64,000 nt of DNA from Myxococcota bacterium. GTDB lineage: Bacteria; Myxococcota_A; UBA796; SXON01. The stretch is from positions 354,186 to 418,185 of the forward strand of contig JAZKFH010000019.1 in assembly GCA_040386535.1 (NCBI GenBank), read 5' to 3'. The position numbers and the translations under genes were made by a program. Position 1 is the first letter of the stretch. Each line of letters opens with the position of its first letter. This document shows, in pieces, positions 27,348 to 37,474 of the stretch. The notes below the pieces were generated by a model, which made no database searches, had not been told where the DNA came from, and saw only the letters and a program-made list of their open reading frames with translations.

Positions 27348-30300
27348 TCGTCTTCTCCCGCCGCGAGCGGCGCCTGCCACCGGGGATCCGGTGCACCCTC
27401 GATCGCGCGGGCGATCGTGGCGTTGCGTACGTGGTCGACCCGGCAGGAACGTTTGAACTCGCACCAGCCGCAGCCCGCCCGCTCGGGTCCCGCGAGGCTG
27501 GGGTGGAAGACCCCCGCGCCGATTCGCTCGCCGGCGGCCACGAGGTAGTCGCGGAGCCGCGTGCGGTCGGCTTCGGAGAGGGACACGGCGTCACGCTCCT
27601 TCGCGCCGCACGCCGTCAGCGTGTCGGTATCGCCGATCCAGCCGGCGTACTGGAGGGCGGCCGCGCCGCGCAGCTCCTGGTAGACCGCGCCCCCGCGTGG
27701 AGCCTGCTGGTCCGCACCCGCAACCATGGCCTCGAGGTACACGAAGCCCTGGACCTTGAGGCCGGCGCGCACGTCATCCGCCTTCGGCGCGTACCCAGTC
27801 TTGTAGTCGATGACGAGAGAGCCGCCGCCCTGGAGGCGGTCGACCCGGTCGATCCGCCCCTCCAGCGCGATCCTGCCGAGCTTCAGGCCCTTGAAGGGGA
27901 GCTCGGTCTGGTGCAGGGTCGTCGGCAATTCGCTTTCGATCTCGGCGTCCAACCAGGCAGCCAGGAGCCCCTTCGGCGCGGTGTCCACGAGGCCGGCGAG
28001 CCAGCGCCGCCGGTGCCACTCGCCCAGCGGCGCCACCAGTCCGACCACCTCTGGATCGGCGTCCAGCCGGCGAATCGCGGCGGTGTGGAGGGTGCGCGCA
28101 AGGGTGTCCCGCTCCTCCGGGGTGAGGCCGTGGAGGTGGGGACGGCCAGCCAGGCGCACCTCGGTGAGGAAGTCGTCCAGGATGCCGTGGAGGAGCATGC
28201 CCTGCTCGGGCCGCCCGAGGTCGGGATCGTAGCTCTCCTCCTTGCCGAGGTGGAGGAGCTGGCGGTGGAGGTAGCGCGATGGGCACGCGAGGTACTCCTC
28301 GAAGCGGGTGACCGCGAGCCGCGCGGGGATCTCGGGCGGTCGGGTCAGCACGCCGTCCCACGGGCCGAACCCCTCCGGGTCCCGCCGGGAGAACACGACG
28401 GCGCCGATGCGGTCGAGCCGCTCCCCGTCCGCGACGAACCTTCGCCACGCGTCCGCATCCGCGCCGGCCGCGGCGGCCTCCCCGACCAGCGCGTCCAGCT
28501 CGGCGGGCGCCGCCGGGGTCGGAGGGACCACGCCCGCCTCCACCCGCTCGCGGAGGGGCTTCCCGGCCAAGCACACCTCGAGCAGATCCTCCACCAGCGG
28601 CGAGACGGCGACCGGCCGGTCGTCACGCGTGGCGGGCCAGGACAGGGTCAGGGTGTGCCCACCGTCCATCGCGTTGCGCAGGGTGGACGCGAAGAGGTAC
28701 CGGGCCTCGTCCCCCGGGTCGAGGCGATCGAGGGCAGAGCGGGCGGTGCGGGAGAGGAGGAAGTCCTCGGCGGGGCGCGCGGGAAAGTCGTCCGCCACGA
28801 GGCCGCCGACCCACAGCCACGGGGGGTGGATGCCCCGCAGCTCCAACATGCCGACGACCTGCACGCGGCGCGGCCCCGCGTCGAGATCGGGGAGCCGCGC
28901 GGCCTCGATGCGCTCCTCGAGCAGCCGCGCGAGCCGGAGCGGATCCCAGGGACCGGGATCGACGCTCGCCGCGTCCCGCGCGGCCTCGTCGATCGCGCCC
29001 AGCACGCGCCCGAGCGCCACGAGGGAGGCAGCGCGGGCGTCGGGATCCGCCGCCGCGTCGGCGTGGGTGACGAGGCCCCAGTCCGCGACGATGGCCGCGA
29101 GGTGGTCCCGCCAGGCGCCGGGCAGCAGGGGCTGGGCGAGCGGCGCGAGGCGATCACACGCGACGGTGAGCGCGGTGAGCGCGATGTCGTGCCGCTCGAG
29201 GTCGGCCTCCAGGAGGCGCCGGCGCCAGGTCGACGGGTGCCCGCGGGACAGGCCCCGCTCGCGGCACGTGCGCGCCAGGGCGAGCGCGTCCTGCTGGGAG
29301 AGCGCGCCCACGAGGTCGGACGCGACCGCGGCCAGCAGCGGACCGAGCGGAAACCCTTCGCCGGCGGTCTTCGAGGCCACGAGGACCACTTCCGCCGCAG
29401 GCCGCGCACGGACCGGGCGTCCCGCGGAGAGCTCGACCGGAACGCCGAGCTCGCCGAAGATCCGACGGACGAGCGGGAGGTACCCGGGGAGGCCGGGGAA
29501 CGCGACCCAGAGGTCCTCCGGCGGGGCGCCGGCGAGGAGCTGCTCCTTGACCGCGTGCGCGATCCCGCGCACCTCGGCCGCGGGGTCGGACCACTTCACG
29601 AGGCGCGGGGCCGCCGGTGCGTCCGCATCCGTGCCCTCCGCGCCCTCATCGTCCGTGTACAGCCGATCCGCCACGTCCGCGGGCTCGGAGGGGCCCGGGG
29701 CGTCGCCGGGGCCAACGTCGTAGAGCCCGTCCCGCCCGGCCACGACCAGGTCGGCCTCGCCGCCTTCGGCCACCAGCGCCTCGAACAGGCTCCGCCGGAA
29801 GGCGCGGGTGGCCTGGAACGGGCGGAGCGGGAAGGCGACCGAATCGTCGTCATCGTAGTCGAAGAACCGCCCGGCCTCGGCGCCGCCGAGGTCCCGCCCG
29901 CTCTCGAAGGAGAACACCACGTGTTTGCCGAGCGTGCTCCAGGCGCGGGCGAGCTCGATCAGCACGCGCCGTCGCAGCGGGCTGGGATGGAGCACGTCAT
30001 CGATGACGACGGCGTGCGGGGCCGCCAGCCACTGTGCGAGCGCCACGCCGGGCCGGCCGAGCGTGACCGTGAGCTGCCTGAGCGCCTCTCCGAGCGGGCG
30101 CCGGGCGCGGTCCGCCCCGAGGTGGGTCAGCAGGCGGAGGAGGAAACGCGGGAGCTCGGGGCGCGCGTCGAGCACGGGCCGCTCGGCCTCGTCCCATGCG
30201 TGCACGAGGTCGGCCACCGCGCGCCCGACACGCTCGGGATCCCCCAGCGCCGCGAGCCAGGGGGACTCCTGCGGGGACGCCACGATCAGCCGCTCCGCGA

Positions 30301-30580
30301 CCAGGGCCGTGCCCCCGAGCGTCCAACACGCGCGGCCGTCCCCATGCCGGGTCGCGAGGTCCTCCAGCAGGGCGCTGAGCGTCGTTACCGTGGGGATGAA
30401 GGCCGCGCCGTCCCGATACTGGAGGAACTCGGCCTCGACCGTATGGGCCTTGCGGATCGTGTCGGTGATGTAGAGGAAGTTGGGCCGCCCGTACCGATCG
30501 ACCCCGGAGAGCTCGCCGCGCGAGATGCCGCGGCGACGACGCACACGCGTCTTTCCGAGGAGGATCTGGATGCTGCCCAC
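27344..30580 (-). CDS. addB: AddB-like inactive-helicase/PD-(D/E)XK nuclease subunit with Fe-S cysteines
   Basis: EVRGIA, ACPSRY, GRIDRVD..VIDYKTG, CGWCEFKRSC; directly upstream of addA. Confidence 0.87.
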   Translation of the reverse strand: MGSIQILLGKTRVRRRRGISRGELSGVDRYGRPNFLYITDTIRKAHTVEAEFLQYRDGAAFIPTVTTLSALLEDLATRHGDGRACWTLGGTALVAERLIVASPQESPWLAALGDPERVGRAVADLVHAWDEAERPVLDARPELPRFLLRLLTHLGADRARRPLGEALRQLTVTLGRPGVALAQWLAAPHAVVIDDVLHPSPLRRRVLIELARAWSTLGKHVVFSFESGRDLGGAEAGRFFDYDDDDSVAFPLRPFQATRAFRRSLFEALVAEGGEADLVVAGRDGLYDVGPGDAPGPSEPADVADRLYTDDEGAEGTDADAPAAPRLVKWSDPAAEVRGIAHAVKEQLLAGAPPEDLWVAFPGLPGYLPLVRRIFGELGVPVELSAGRPVRARPAAEVVLVASKTAGEGFPLGPLLAAVASDLVGALSQQDALALARTCRERGLSRGHPSTWRRRLLEADLERHDIALTALTVACDRLAPLAQPLLPGAWRDHLAAIVADWGLVTHADAAADPDARAASLVALGRVLGAIDEAARDAASVDPGPWDPLRLARLLEERIEAARLPDLDAGPRRVQVVGMLELRGIHPPWLWVGGLVADDFPARPAEDFLLSRTARSALDRLDPGDEARYLFASTLRNAMDGGHTLTLSWPATRDDRPVAVSPLVEDLLEVCLAGKPLRERVEAGVVPPTPAAPAELDALVGEAAAAGADADAWRRFVADGERLDRIGAVVFSRRDPEGFGPWDGVLTRPPEIPARLAVTRFEEYLACPSRYLHRQLLHLGKEESYDPDLGRPEQGMLLHGILDDFLTEVRLAGRPHLHGLTPEERDTLARTLHTAAIRRLDADPEVVGLVAPLGEWHRRRWLAGLVDTAPKGLLAAWLDAEIESELPTTLHQTELPFKGLKLGRIALEGRIDRVDRLQGGGSLVIDYKTGYAPKADDVRAGLKVQGFVYLEAMVAGADQQAPRGGAVYQELRGAAALQYAGWIGDTDTLTACGAKERDAVSLSEADRTRLRDYLVAAGERIGAGVFHPSLAGPERAGCGWCEFKRSCRVDHVRNATIARAIEGAPDPRWQAPLAAGEDE

Positions 30581-30670
30581 TGCCGGCTCCGAGGAACCCG
30601 CACCGTAGCCTGCCAGCCGGCCAGAATTTGTCCGCCCCCTCGCGTTCGAGGCCGTCGGGGCGCCGACAGG

Positions 30671-31984
30671 TCAGCCCGGCGCCGCGCCCTGCGCCCACGC
30701 GAGCGCATCCTGGATGCGACGCGCCTCGATCCGCACCCGCGCGTCGGGGTGGGCGGCCGCCTCTTCGAGGAGGGCGACGTCCGGCGGCCTCGCGCGCCCG
30801 GCGGACTCGAGCAGGCAGAAGGTCAGATCGGTCCGGGCGTCGGCGCCGAGCGCGCGGCGGCTCGCGCCGAGGAAGTACACGCTCGGGCCGTCCGACGCGG
30901 GCGACCCGCGGTCTTCGACGAACACCAGGTCGGCCGGGCGGCCGCGCCGTGGACGGGGCTCCTGGCGCTCGGCGAGGCGCTTCTCCACCGCAGAGAGCTG
31001 CGCGGAGAGCGGGCCCGAGAGCTGGCCGAGCTCCCGCAGGCGCATCGTCGCGGCGGCGCGCACGTGTGGCCACGCCTCCTCCGGATACCAGGAGAGCGGG
31101 GTGCCGTCGGGGTCGCGAGTCTCGCGGTACACGTTCGCGAAGTAGAGCGCCCAGTACCGGTCCACGTGCCGATCCGCGACATCCGCCCCGAGAACGGCCC
31201 AGGCCGCGCGGATCGTCTCCGCGTCGCGCGCCGCGCCCTGGACCCGCTCGGGCCCGGCGTCCAGCGGCAGGATCTGCTTCGGCACGCGCGTGAGCACGTG
31301 GACCAGGCACTCCTGCGTGAAGGACGTGGCCGCCCCACACAACGCCACGGCGCCTGCGTAGGCCTTGGCGTGCTCGGTGCGGACCGATTGCTCCGCGGCG
31401 TTGAAGCGGCACTCGTCGGCCCAGCGCGGCTCTGCGTGGAGCCCACAGACCGCGTCCGCGCGCCCCACGTGACCCGAGAGGGCCGCGTCGAGCGCGCTGG
31501 CGTCGAGGCACGCCGAGCGGTCGGGCGCATCGGCGCAGGTCGACGCCGCCACCGTCGTCGTCGCCACCGTCGGGAGCGGGAGGCGATCCTCGGGCAATGT
31601 GGCGGTGTTCACGTGGGCGGGCGCTCGCACGGCTCCGCCGTCGGCCGGGACCCCGCCGCTCGCGGCCGGAGCCGCCTCGTCCGCCCCCGGTCCGGGCATC
31701 GAGGAGAGGTGGGGGCGCCCGTTCAGGCGCAGACATCGTTGGCGGCTGAGCTCGTCCGGCAGCGAGGTGCAGAGGCCCGCGGTCTGGCCGGGAAACGCCT
31801 CGCACAGCCTGCCGACGACGACCGTACGCGTGAGATCGTCGGGAAGCGCGAGGATTCGCCCGGTGACGCCGGCCTGATCCGCGGGCCAGTCCGCCACCGC
31901 GGCGTCCGCGAGGCAGGTGGCAGTCCCGCACTCCCGAGCGCAACTGGTGACGAGCGTCAGGAGCAGCCACGACGACAGGAGCAT
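30671..31984 (-). CDS. Cys-rich helical-repeat lipoprotein of unknown function
   Basis: MLLSSWLLLTLVTSC; regularly paired cysteines (AVCG...DECRF, ALCG...QECL). Confidence 0.6.
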   Translation of the reverse strand: MLLSSWLLLTLVTSCARECGTATCLADAAVADWPADQAGVTGRILALPDDLTRTVVVGRLCEAFPGQTAGLCTSLPDELSRQRCLRLNGRPHLSSMPGPGADEAAPAASGGVPADGGAVRAPAHVNTATLPEDRLPLPTVATTTVAASTCADAPDRSACLDASALDAALSGHVGRADAVCGLHAEPRWADECRFNAAEQSVRTEHAKAYAGAVALCGAATSFTQECLVHVLTRVPKQILPLDAGPERVQGAARDAETIRAAWAVLGADVADRHVDRYWALYFANVYRETRDPDGTPLSWYPEEAWPHVRAAATMRLRELGQLSGPLSAQLSAVEKRLAERQEPRPRRGRPADLVFVEDRGSPASDGPSVYFLGASRRALGADARTDLTFCLLESAGRARPPDVALLEEAAAHPDARVRIEARRIQDALAWAQGAAPG

Positions 31985-31989
31985 CCGGC

Positions 31990-31995
31990 AACGTA
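31990..31995 (-). promoter_or_regulatory. Putative -10 box TACGTT 5 nt upstream of ATG 31984 (leaderless-type)
   Basis: Minus strand gcTACGTTgccggATG. Confidence 0.42.
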
Positions 31996-32075
31996 GCGGC
32001 CTCCGAACCACCGTGGCGCCACGATTGGGCGCGGGGCGGGATTACCTCAGGAGGCGGAGAGGCAGGTCGTTGGGG

Positions 32076-34232
32076 GTGAGGCGGCGGCGGTGGAGCGTGG
32101 GGCCGGGTTGGATGCTCGCATCCAATCTCTTGCTCGTGCTCGTCGTGGCGCTGTTCGCCGGCATGAGCGACCGGGCGCGGCTGGACCAGCGCCTCCTCCG
32201 CAGCGTCGAGTCCACGCATCGCGAGCTGCAGACCAACGTCGACCTGACGATTGCGCTGCTTCGCGGCGGCCTCGGCTTGTTCGAGGCGAGCGTCGTGGTC
32301 GAGCCGGAAGAGTTTCGGGCGTACGTCGAGCCGCTCGGCATCCGGGAGCGGTACCCCAACCTCCTGGGCCTCGGGTACGCGCTACGCCTGGAGCCTGGCG
32401 AGGAGGGGCCCGCCCTCGAGAAGATGCGCGAGCGGGGCCAGCCGGCGATCTCGGTCTGGCCCCACCTCCTCCCGAGCGACAACGCCGTGATCGTGTACCT
32501 GGAGCCGCGCGATCGGGGAAACCAGCGGGCGCTCGGGTTCAACATGGCGGTCGACCCCGCGCGGCGGCGGGCACAGGCCGAGGCGCGTGACAGCGGAGAG
32601 GCGGCCGCCTCCACGCTCGTCACGCTCGTCCAGGAGGCGGGGGGTGCGGACAAGGGTTTCCTCATCTTCCTTCCTCACTACGCGCCCGGTCTGCCGCGAG
32701 GAACGGTGGAGGAGCGCCGCGGAGCCCTGCGCGGCTTCGTCTTCGCGCCGGTCCGCGTCCGCGAGCTCGTCGCCGACACGTTGATGTCCCACGACGAGCT
32801 CGCCGTGCGCATCTACGCGGGCCCCGTCACGGCGGAGCCGGTGTTCGAGGTCTCCTCCGCGCTCCCCTGGCGCGCCCCCGTTCGGCGCGAGCTCCACATC
32901 GCCGGGCAAGAGTGGACCCTGCTGTACCAGTTCCGAGAGCCCATCAACGCATGGTGGCGATCGCCGGCGGTCCCGGTGGCGCTCACCGGCGTCGTGTTCG
33001 CCATCTTGTTCTACCTCTTCCAGCGGCTCCAACTCGAAGCGCGGCGGCGCGCCGAGAGCGATGCGGAGGCGCTCCGGAAGGGCGAGCAGCGGTACCGGTT
33101 CCTCGCCGAGGCCATGCCGCTGGTGGTCTTCACGGCGGACGCCGAGGGGCGCATCACCTACCTCAACCGGCCCGGCGAGCTCGCGGTCGACGAGACGGTC
33201 GAGTCGCGCCTGCGCGACAGGCTGCACCCCGACGACCGTGACGAGGTGCTCGCGAGCTGGCGGCAGGCCCTCCGCGACGCCGTAGACTGGCAACGTGTGT
33301 TTCGGCTCGACCTCGGGGGCCAGTTCCGATGGCACCTGTGCCAGGCGGTGGTGCACCGCCACGGCGACTCCCTGCCCGACTGGGTGGGGACGCTGACGGA
33401 CATCGACGTGCAGAAGCAGGCCGAGGCGAGCCTCCAGCGCCAGGCGGAGGAGCTCGAGGCACGCGTCGCGGAGCGCACAGCCGAGCTCTCCCGTACCAAC
33501 CGCGAGCTCGAGAACTTCGCGGCGGTGGCCTCCCACGACCTCCAGGAGCCGCTGCGGAAGATCGTCGCGTTCGGCGGCCGTTTGACCGACGCGCTCGGCC
33601 CCGACATCCCGCCCGAGGCGGCAGACGCGCTGGCCCGCATGCGCGCGTCCGCAAAGCGCCTCCACCAGCTGATCGGCGACCTGCTCACGTTCGCGCGCAT
33701 CAGCCGCGCTGAGGTGATTCGGACGCCCGTGGACCTCGAGCGCCTCGCAGAGGCGGTCATGGCGGATCTCGCCGAAGGACACTCCGGTCAGGTCCAGATC
33801 GAGGTGCGCCCGCTCCCGCTCGCCTGCGGCGACCTCGGCCTGTTGCGGCAGCTCCTCCAGAACCTTCTCTCGAACGCCATCAAGTTTCATCGGCCGGGAG
33901 TACCCGCCCGCGTCACCCTCTCGGCGGAGGACGCTGGCGACGAGATCCCTGCGGCCAGGCGCGACGCGTACTTCCGCCTGCTGGTGGAGGACCAGGGGAT
34001 CGGGTTCGACGCCAAGTACCTCGACCGTATCTTCTTGATGTTCCAGCGCCTCCACCCCCGCGATCGCTACGAAGGCACCGGCATCGGGCTCGCCATCTGC
34101 CAACGTGTGGTCGAGCTGCACGGAGGCCACATCACGGCGCGGAACGTGGCGGGCCCCGGCGCCTGTTTCGTGGCCACGTTGCCGCGGGCATCCGATGTGC
34201 AAACACCAGGAGGGGAGACCACCGGATGCTGA
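32076..34232 (+). CDS. CHASE-PAS sensor histidine kinase (start uncertain, 32070-32112)
   Basis: Two TM segments; CHASE YLEP..NQRALGFNM, TLVQE; PAS LHPDDR; ASHDLQEPLRKI, NAIKF, DQGIGF, GTGIGL. Confidence 0.92.
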   Translation: MRRRRWSVGPGWMLASNLLLVLVVALFAGMSDRARLDQRLLRSVESTHRELQTNVDLTIALLRGGLGLFEASVVVEPEEFRAYVEPLGIRERYPNLLGLGYALRLEPGEEGPALEKMRERGQPAISVWPHLLPSDNAVIVYLEPRDRGNQRALGFNMAVDPARRRAQAEARDSGEAAASTLVTLVQEAGGADKGFLIFLPHYAPGLPRGTVEERRGALRGFVFAPVRVRELVADTLMSHDELAVRIYAGPVTAEPVFEVSSALPWRAPVRRELHIAGQEWTLLYQFREPINAWWRSPAVPVALTGVVFAILFYLFQRLQLEARRRAESDAEALRKGEQRYRFLAEAMPLVVFTADAEGRITYLNRPGELAVDETVESRLRDRLHPDDRDEVLASWRQALRDAVDWQRVFRLDLGGQFRWHLCQAVVHRHGDSLPDWVGTLTDIDVQKQAEASLQRQAEELEARVAERTAELSRTNRELENFAAVASHDLQEPLRKIVAFGGRLTDALGPDIPPEAADALARMRASAKRLHQLIGDLLTFARISRAEVIRTPVDLERLAEAVMADLAEGHSGQVQIEVRPLPLACGDLGLLRQLLQNLLSNAIKFHRPGVPARVTLSAEDAGDEIPAARRDAYFRLLVEDQGIGFDAKYLDRIFLMFQRLHPRDRYEGTGIGLAICQRVVELHGGHITARNVAGPGACFVATLPRASDVQTPGGETTGC

Positions 34233-34666
34233 GGAACGGGCTGATCGTCCTGGCCGAGGACGACCCCGACGACCGCCTCCTGTTGGAGCAGGCGTTCGTC
34301 GACGTGGGCGCCTCGACTGATCGGGTGTTCGTCGAGGATGGCGAGGACCTGATGGAGTATCTGCTCGGCCGGGGGCGACACGAGGGGAGGCAGGACCGGC
34401 GGCCGGACCTGATCCTGCTCGATCTGAACATGCCTCGGAAGGACGGGCGCGAGGCGCTCGCCGAGATCCGGGCCGACCCCACCCTCCGTCGCATCCCGGT
34501 CGTCGTTCTCACGACCAGCAGCGAGGAGCAGGACATCGAGGAGGCGTACGGGCTGGGCGCCAACAGCTTCGTCACCAAGCCGATCACGTTCGACGGGCTG
34601 GTGGGGGTGGTGCGAACGATCCAGGACTACTGGTTCAGGACGGTCACGCTGCCGAGAGCGGGGTGA
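34226..34666 (+). CDS. Single-domain response regulator (Rcp1/CheY-like)
   Basis: AEDDPDD, LLDLNMP, VLTTS, GANSFVTKP. Confidence 0.95.
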   Translation: MLRNGLIVLAEDDPDDRLLLEQAFVDVGASTDRVFVEDGEDLMEYLLGRGRHEGRQDRRPDLILLDLNMPRKDGREALAEIRADPTLRRIPVVVLTTSSEEQDIEEAYGLGANSFVTKPITFDGLVGVVRTIQDYWFRTVTLPRAG

Positions 34667-34675
34667 GCGGGCGCT

Positions 34676-36691
34676 TCAGCGCACGAGGCCGCGAAACACC
34701 TCCGGAAGCCGCGCCGGCAACGCGTCTACCGCGTCGAGCTTGAGATAGCGGCCCTTGCCGAAGATCTCGCCGAGGTAGCCATCGGCGTCGTCGTTCGCGT
34801 CGAGGCTGATGCAGTGGACGTGGACCCCGAGGCGGCGCACCTCGGCGACCGCCATCGCGGTGTCGCGGATGCCCTGCTTGCCACGGTACTCGCCACGATC
34901 CTCGGGCTTTCCATCGGAGACGACCAGCAGCACGCGCCGTGCCTGGGGGCGGCTGGCCAGCAGCCATCCGGCGTGCCGCAGATAGGCCCCGAGCCGCGTG
35001 GCGCCGTTGGGGCGGAGGTTCCCCATGCGCTTGTAGACGGGCTCGCCGTAGGCCTCGTCGAACCCCTTGATGCGCTGGAGCTGGCACTCCTGGGGGTGGG
35101 TGTTGCCGAACCCGTAGAACGCGTGGGGAAAGCCGAGGGTCTTGAGGCCCTCGGCGAACATGACGATCGCCTCCTGCTCGAGGTGGATGACGTGCCCCTG
35201 GGTCGATCCCGACAGGTCCACCAGGGTGAGGATGGCGACGGTCTGGCGTTGACGGACGTACCGCTTGTAGACGCGATCGTCGGGCTGGTGCCCGGCCGCG
35301 ATGTCGGTCAGCGCGGCGATGGCCCGGTTCATGTCGAGCTCGCTGCCGTCGGCCTGTCCGTGCAGCCAACGCTCCTCGACCCGGAGGGCCTCGAAGCGGC
35401 GGCGGATCTCCTTGATCTGGCGCTGATTCGCGGTGACCACCTTCTCGTAGCCGCCGAGCGGCCCGGTCGTGGCCTCCACCTCGGTCACCTTCACGGCCGC
35501 GAACCGGTACACACCCGCGGCGTCGTCCCACTCGTCGTACTCGCGGGACCCGTCGGCGCCGGGCTTGGCGGGTGCCTCGAGCAGGTCGTCCTCGGGGCGC
35601 GCCGCGGCGGCCGCGCGGGCCTGCTCCACGTGCTCGTCGCGCAGAGCGCCGTAGGCCGGTGCCTTCGAGGAGGTGTCGGGCCCGGAGATCTTCGCCAGGA
35701 GCCGCGCGCGCAGGCCCTGACGGGGGGCCTCGGGCGCCGGCGGCGGCGGAAGGGCCCCGCCCTTGTTGCGCGCCATCGCCTCGAGGAGCTGCCGGAGCGG
35801 CTTGTTGCCCTTCTTCCATTCCTGCTCGTACGCGATGTCGCGCGCGAGGTCGGCGAGGATCCACTCGGGGCGGATGATCCCGACGAACCAGGGGAGGGGA
35901 GGAGGGCCGAGTCGCAACCGGTGGAAGTGTTCGCGGAGGATCTGCGCCTGGGCCATGAGCACGGGCACGATCGGGACGCCGCCCGGGTGGCGGTCCACGA
36001 CGCGCACGGCCTGCCGCGCGGGATCCCCCTCGGCGCCCGGCGTGCGCCAGTTCAGGCAGGTAGCGAGGCCCTCGTAGAGGGGAACGAACGCACCCGGCAT
36101 GCCGTCGCGCGGCACGGTCGTCACGTTCACCCGCATCGCGCCGGCCTTGTCGAGCAGTGACACGCGGCGCAGGTCGTCCCGCAGCCCGGGGTACTCCTCC
36201 GCCCACTGGCGCAGCACGTAGCGGGCGGCGAGCAGGTGGAAGGAGCTGCGCAACACCCAGTCCCGGTGGATGGCGCCGAGCACGGCTCGATCCTGGAGGA
36301 TGCCGTGCCGCAGGAACCCGACCTGGACCAGCGCCATCGCGCGGTACAGCAGCAGATCCTGCTCGTACATCTCCGGCGCCGGGACGGCCTTCGGAAGGTA
36401 GATGTTCAGGTTGTCGGTAGACGGCGGGTCGCTGTAGGCGACCGAGAAGCTCCTGCCCGACAACATGCGCATCAGCGCGGTGATCTGCTTGACGACGCGA
36501 TCGAGGGCCAGCCCGTTGCGTTCGCCGCCGATCGCGGTGCGTTTGGGCGGCTCGAAGAGGAAGCGCGCGAGCAGCGCCTGTTCGGCGTCGTCATCGGTCT
36601 CCGCGCCGAACCCCAGCTCGGCGGCGGTGAGCCCGTACTCCTCCATCGTCTCCTTGAGCGTGTCCTCCCCGGAGACGGTGGGCGCGCCCAC
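34676..36691 (-). CDS. CbbO/NorD family VWA-domain adaptor (copy 2)
   Basis: TDNLNIYLP, YDEWD, DGSELD, MIDAS DLSGS, TRLGAYLRHA, SDGKPED..Y...GIRDT. Confidence 0.9.
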   Translation of the reverse strand: MGAPTVSGEDTLKETMEEYGLTAAELGFGAETDDDAEQALLARFLFEPPKRTAIGGERNGLALDRVVKQITALMRMLSGRSFSVAYSDPPSTDNLNIYLPKAVPAPEMYEQDLLLYRAMALVQVGFLRHGILQDRAVLGAIHRDWVLRSSFHLLAARYVLRQWAEEYPGLRDDLRRVSLLDKAGAMRVNVTTVPRDGMPGAFVPLYEGLATCLNWRTPGAEGDPARQAVRVVDRHPGGVPIVPVLMAQAQILREHFHRLRLGPPPLPWFVGIIRPEWILADLARDIAYEQEWKKGNKPLRQLLEAMARNKGGALPPPPAPEAPRQGLRARLLAKISGPDTSSKAPAYGALRDEHVEQARAAAAARPEDDLLEAPAKPGADGSREYDEWDDAAGVYRFAAVKVTEVEATTGPLGGYEKVVTANQRQIKEIRRRFEALRVEERWLHGQADGSELDMNRAIAALTDIAAGHQPDDRVYKRYVRQRQTVAILTLVDLSGSTQGHVIHLEQEAIVMFAEGLKTLGFPHAFYGFGNTHPQECQLQRIKGFDEAYGEPVYKRMGNLRPNGATRLGAYLRHAGWLLASRPQARRVLLVVSDGKPEDRGEYRGKQGIRDTAMAVAEVRRLGVHVHCISLDANDDADGYLGEIFGKGRYLKLDAVDALPARLPEVFRGLVR

Positions 36692-36694
36692 CCG

Positions 36695-37465
36695 CTACCC
36701 CAACACCGAGCGGACCAGCTCGCGGAGCGCCTTGGTCATCTCCACGTCGTCCGTCAGCGAGCCTACGAGCGTGGCCTCGGCCGACTCCTTGAGGGAGAGC
36801 CCCGCCACGACGAGCGTGGCCGCGTAGACCAGCAGGCGGGTCGAAGCGCCCTCGCCGAGGCCGTGCGCGCGCAGGTTGCGGGAGCCCTGCCCAAGCTTCA
36901 CCAGCGTCTGCGCGATGTCGGCGGTGCAGCCCGACTCCGCCGCGACGATCTCCGCCTCGACCCCGGGCGTCGGGTAGTCGAACGAGAGGGAGACGAAGCG
37001 CTGCCGCGTGCTCTCCTTGAGCTCCTTGGACACCGACTGGTAGCCGGGGTTGTAGGAGATGACGACGAGGAACGGATCGGGGGCGACGAGCTCCTCGCCG
37101 GTGCGATCGAGCGGGAGCACCCGCCGGTCGTCGGTGAGCGGGTGGAGCACGGTCATCACGTCGGCGCGGGCCTCCACCACCTCGTCCAGGTAGCAGATCG
37201 CGCCCTCCCGCACGGCGCGGGTGAGGGGGCCGTCCCTCCATACGGTCTGCCCACCTTCGAGCAGGAACCGGCCGGTGAGGTCGGCGGCGGCGAGGTCTTC
37301 CTGGCATGCGACGGTGATCAACGGCCGGCCCAGCTGTTCGGCCATGTAGCGGACGAAGCGGGTCTTCCCGCAGCCGGTGGGCCCCTTCAGGAGGATGGGG
37401 AGCTTGCGCGCGGCGGCCACGCGGAACACCTCGACCTCGTTGCCGTGCGGTCGGTAGTAGATCAT
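36695..37465 (-). CDS. CbbQ/NirQ/NorQ family MoxR AAA+ ATPase (copy 2)
   Basis: [49 protein letters not shown]. Confidence 0.95.
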   Translation of the reverse strand: MIYYRPHGNEVEVFRVAAARKLPILLKGPTGCGKTRFVRYMAEQLGRPLITVACQEDLAAADLTGRFLLEGGQTVWRDGPLTRAVREGAICYLDEVVEARADVMTVLHPLTDDRRVLPLDRTGEELVAPDPFLVVISYNPGYQSVSKELKESTRQRFVSLSFDYPTPGVEAEIVAAESGCTADIAQTLVKLGQGSRNLRAHGLGEGASTRLLVYAATLVVAGLSLKESAEATLVGSLTDDVEMTKALRELVRSVLG

Positions 37466-37474
37466 CCGGGCAGG

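Noticed and set aside
23637..30580. Helicase-nuclease pair as a novel defence system or Cas4-like module
   Set aside because: Gene order, sizes, motifs and host-like codon usage fit housekeeping AddAB
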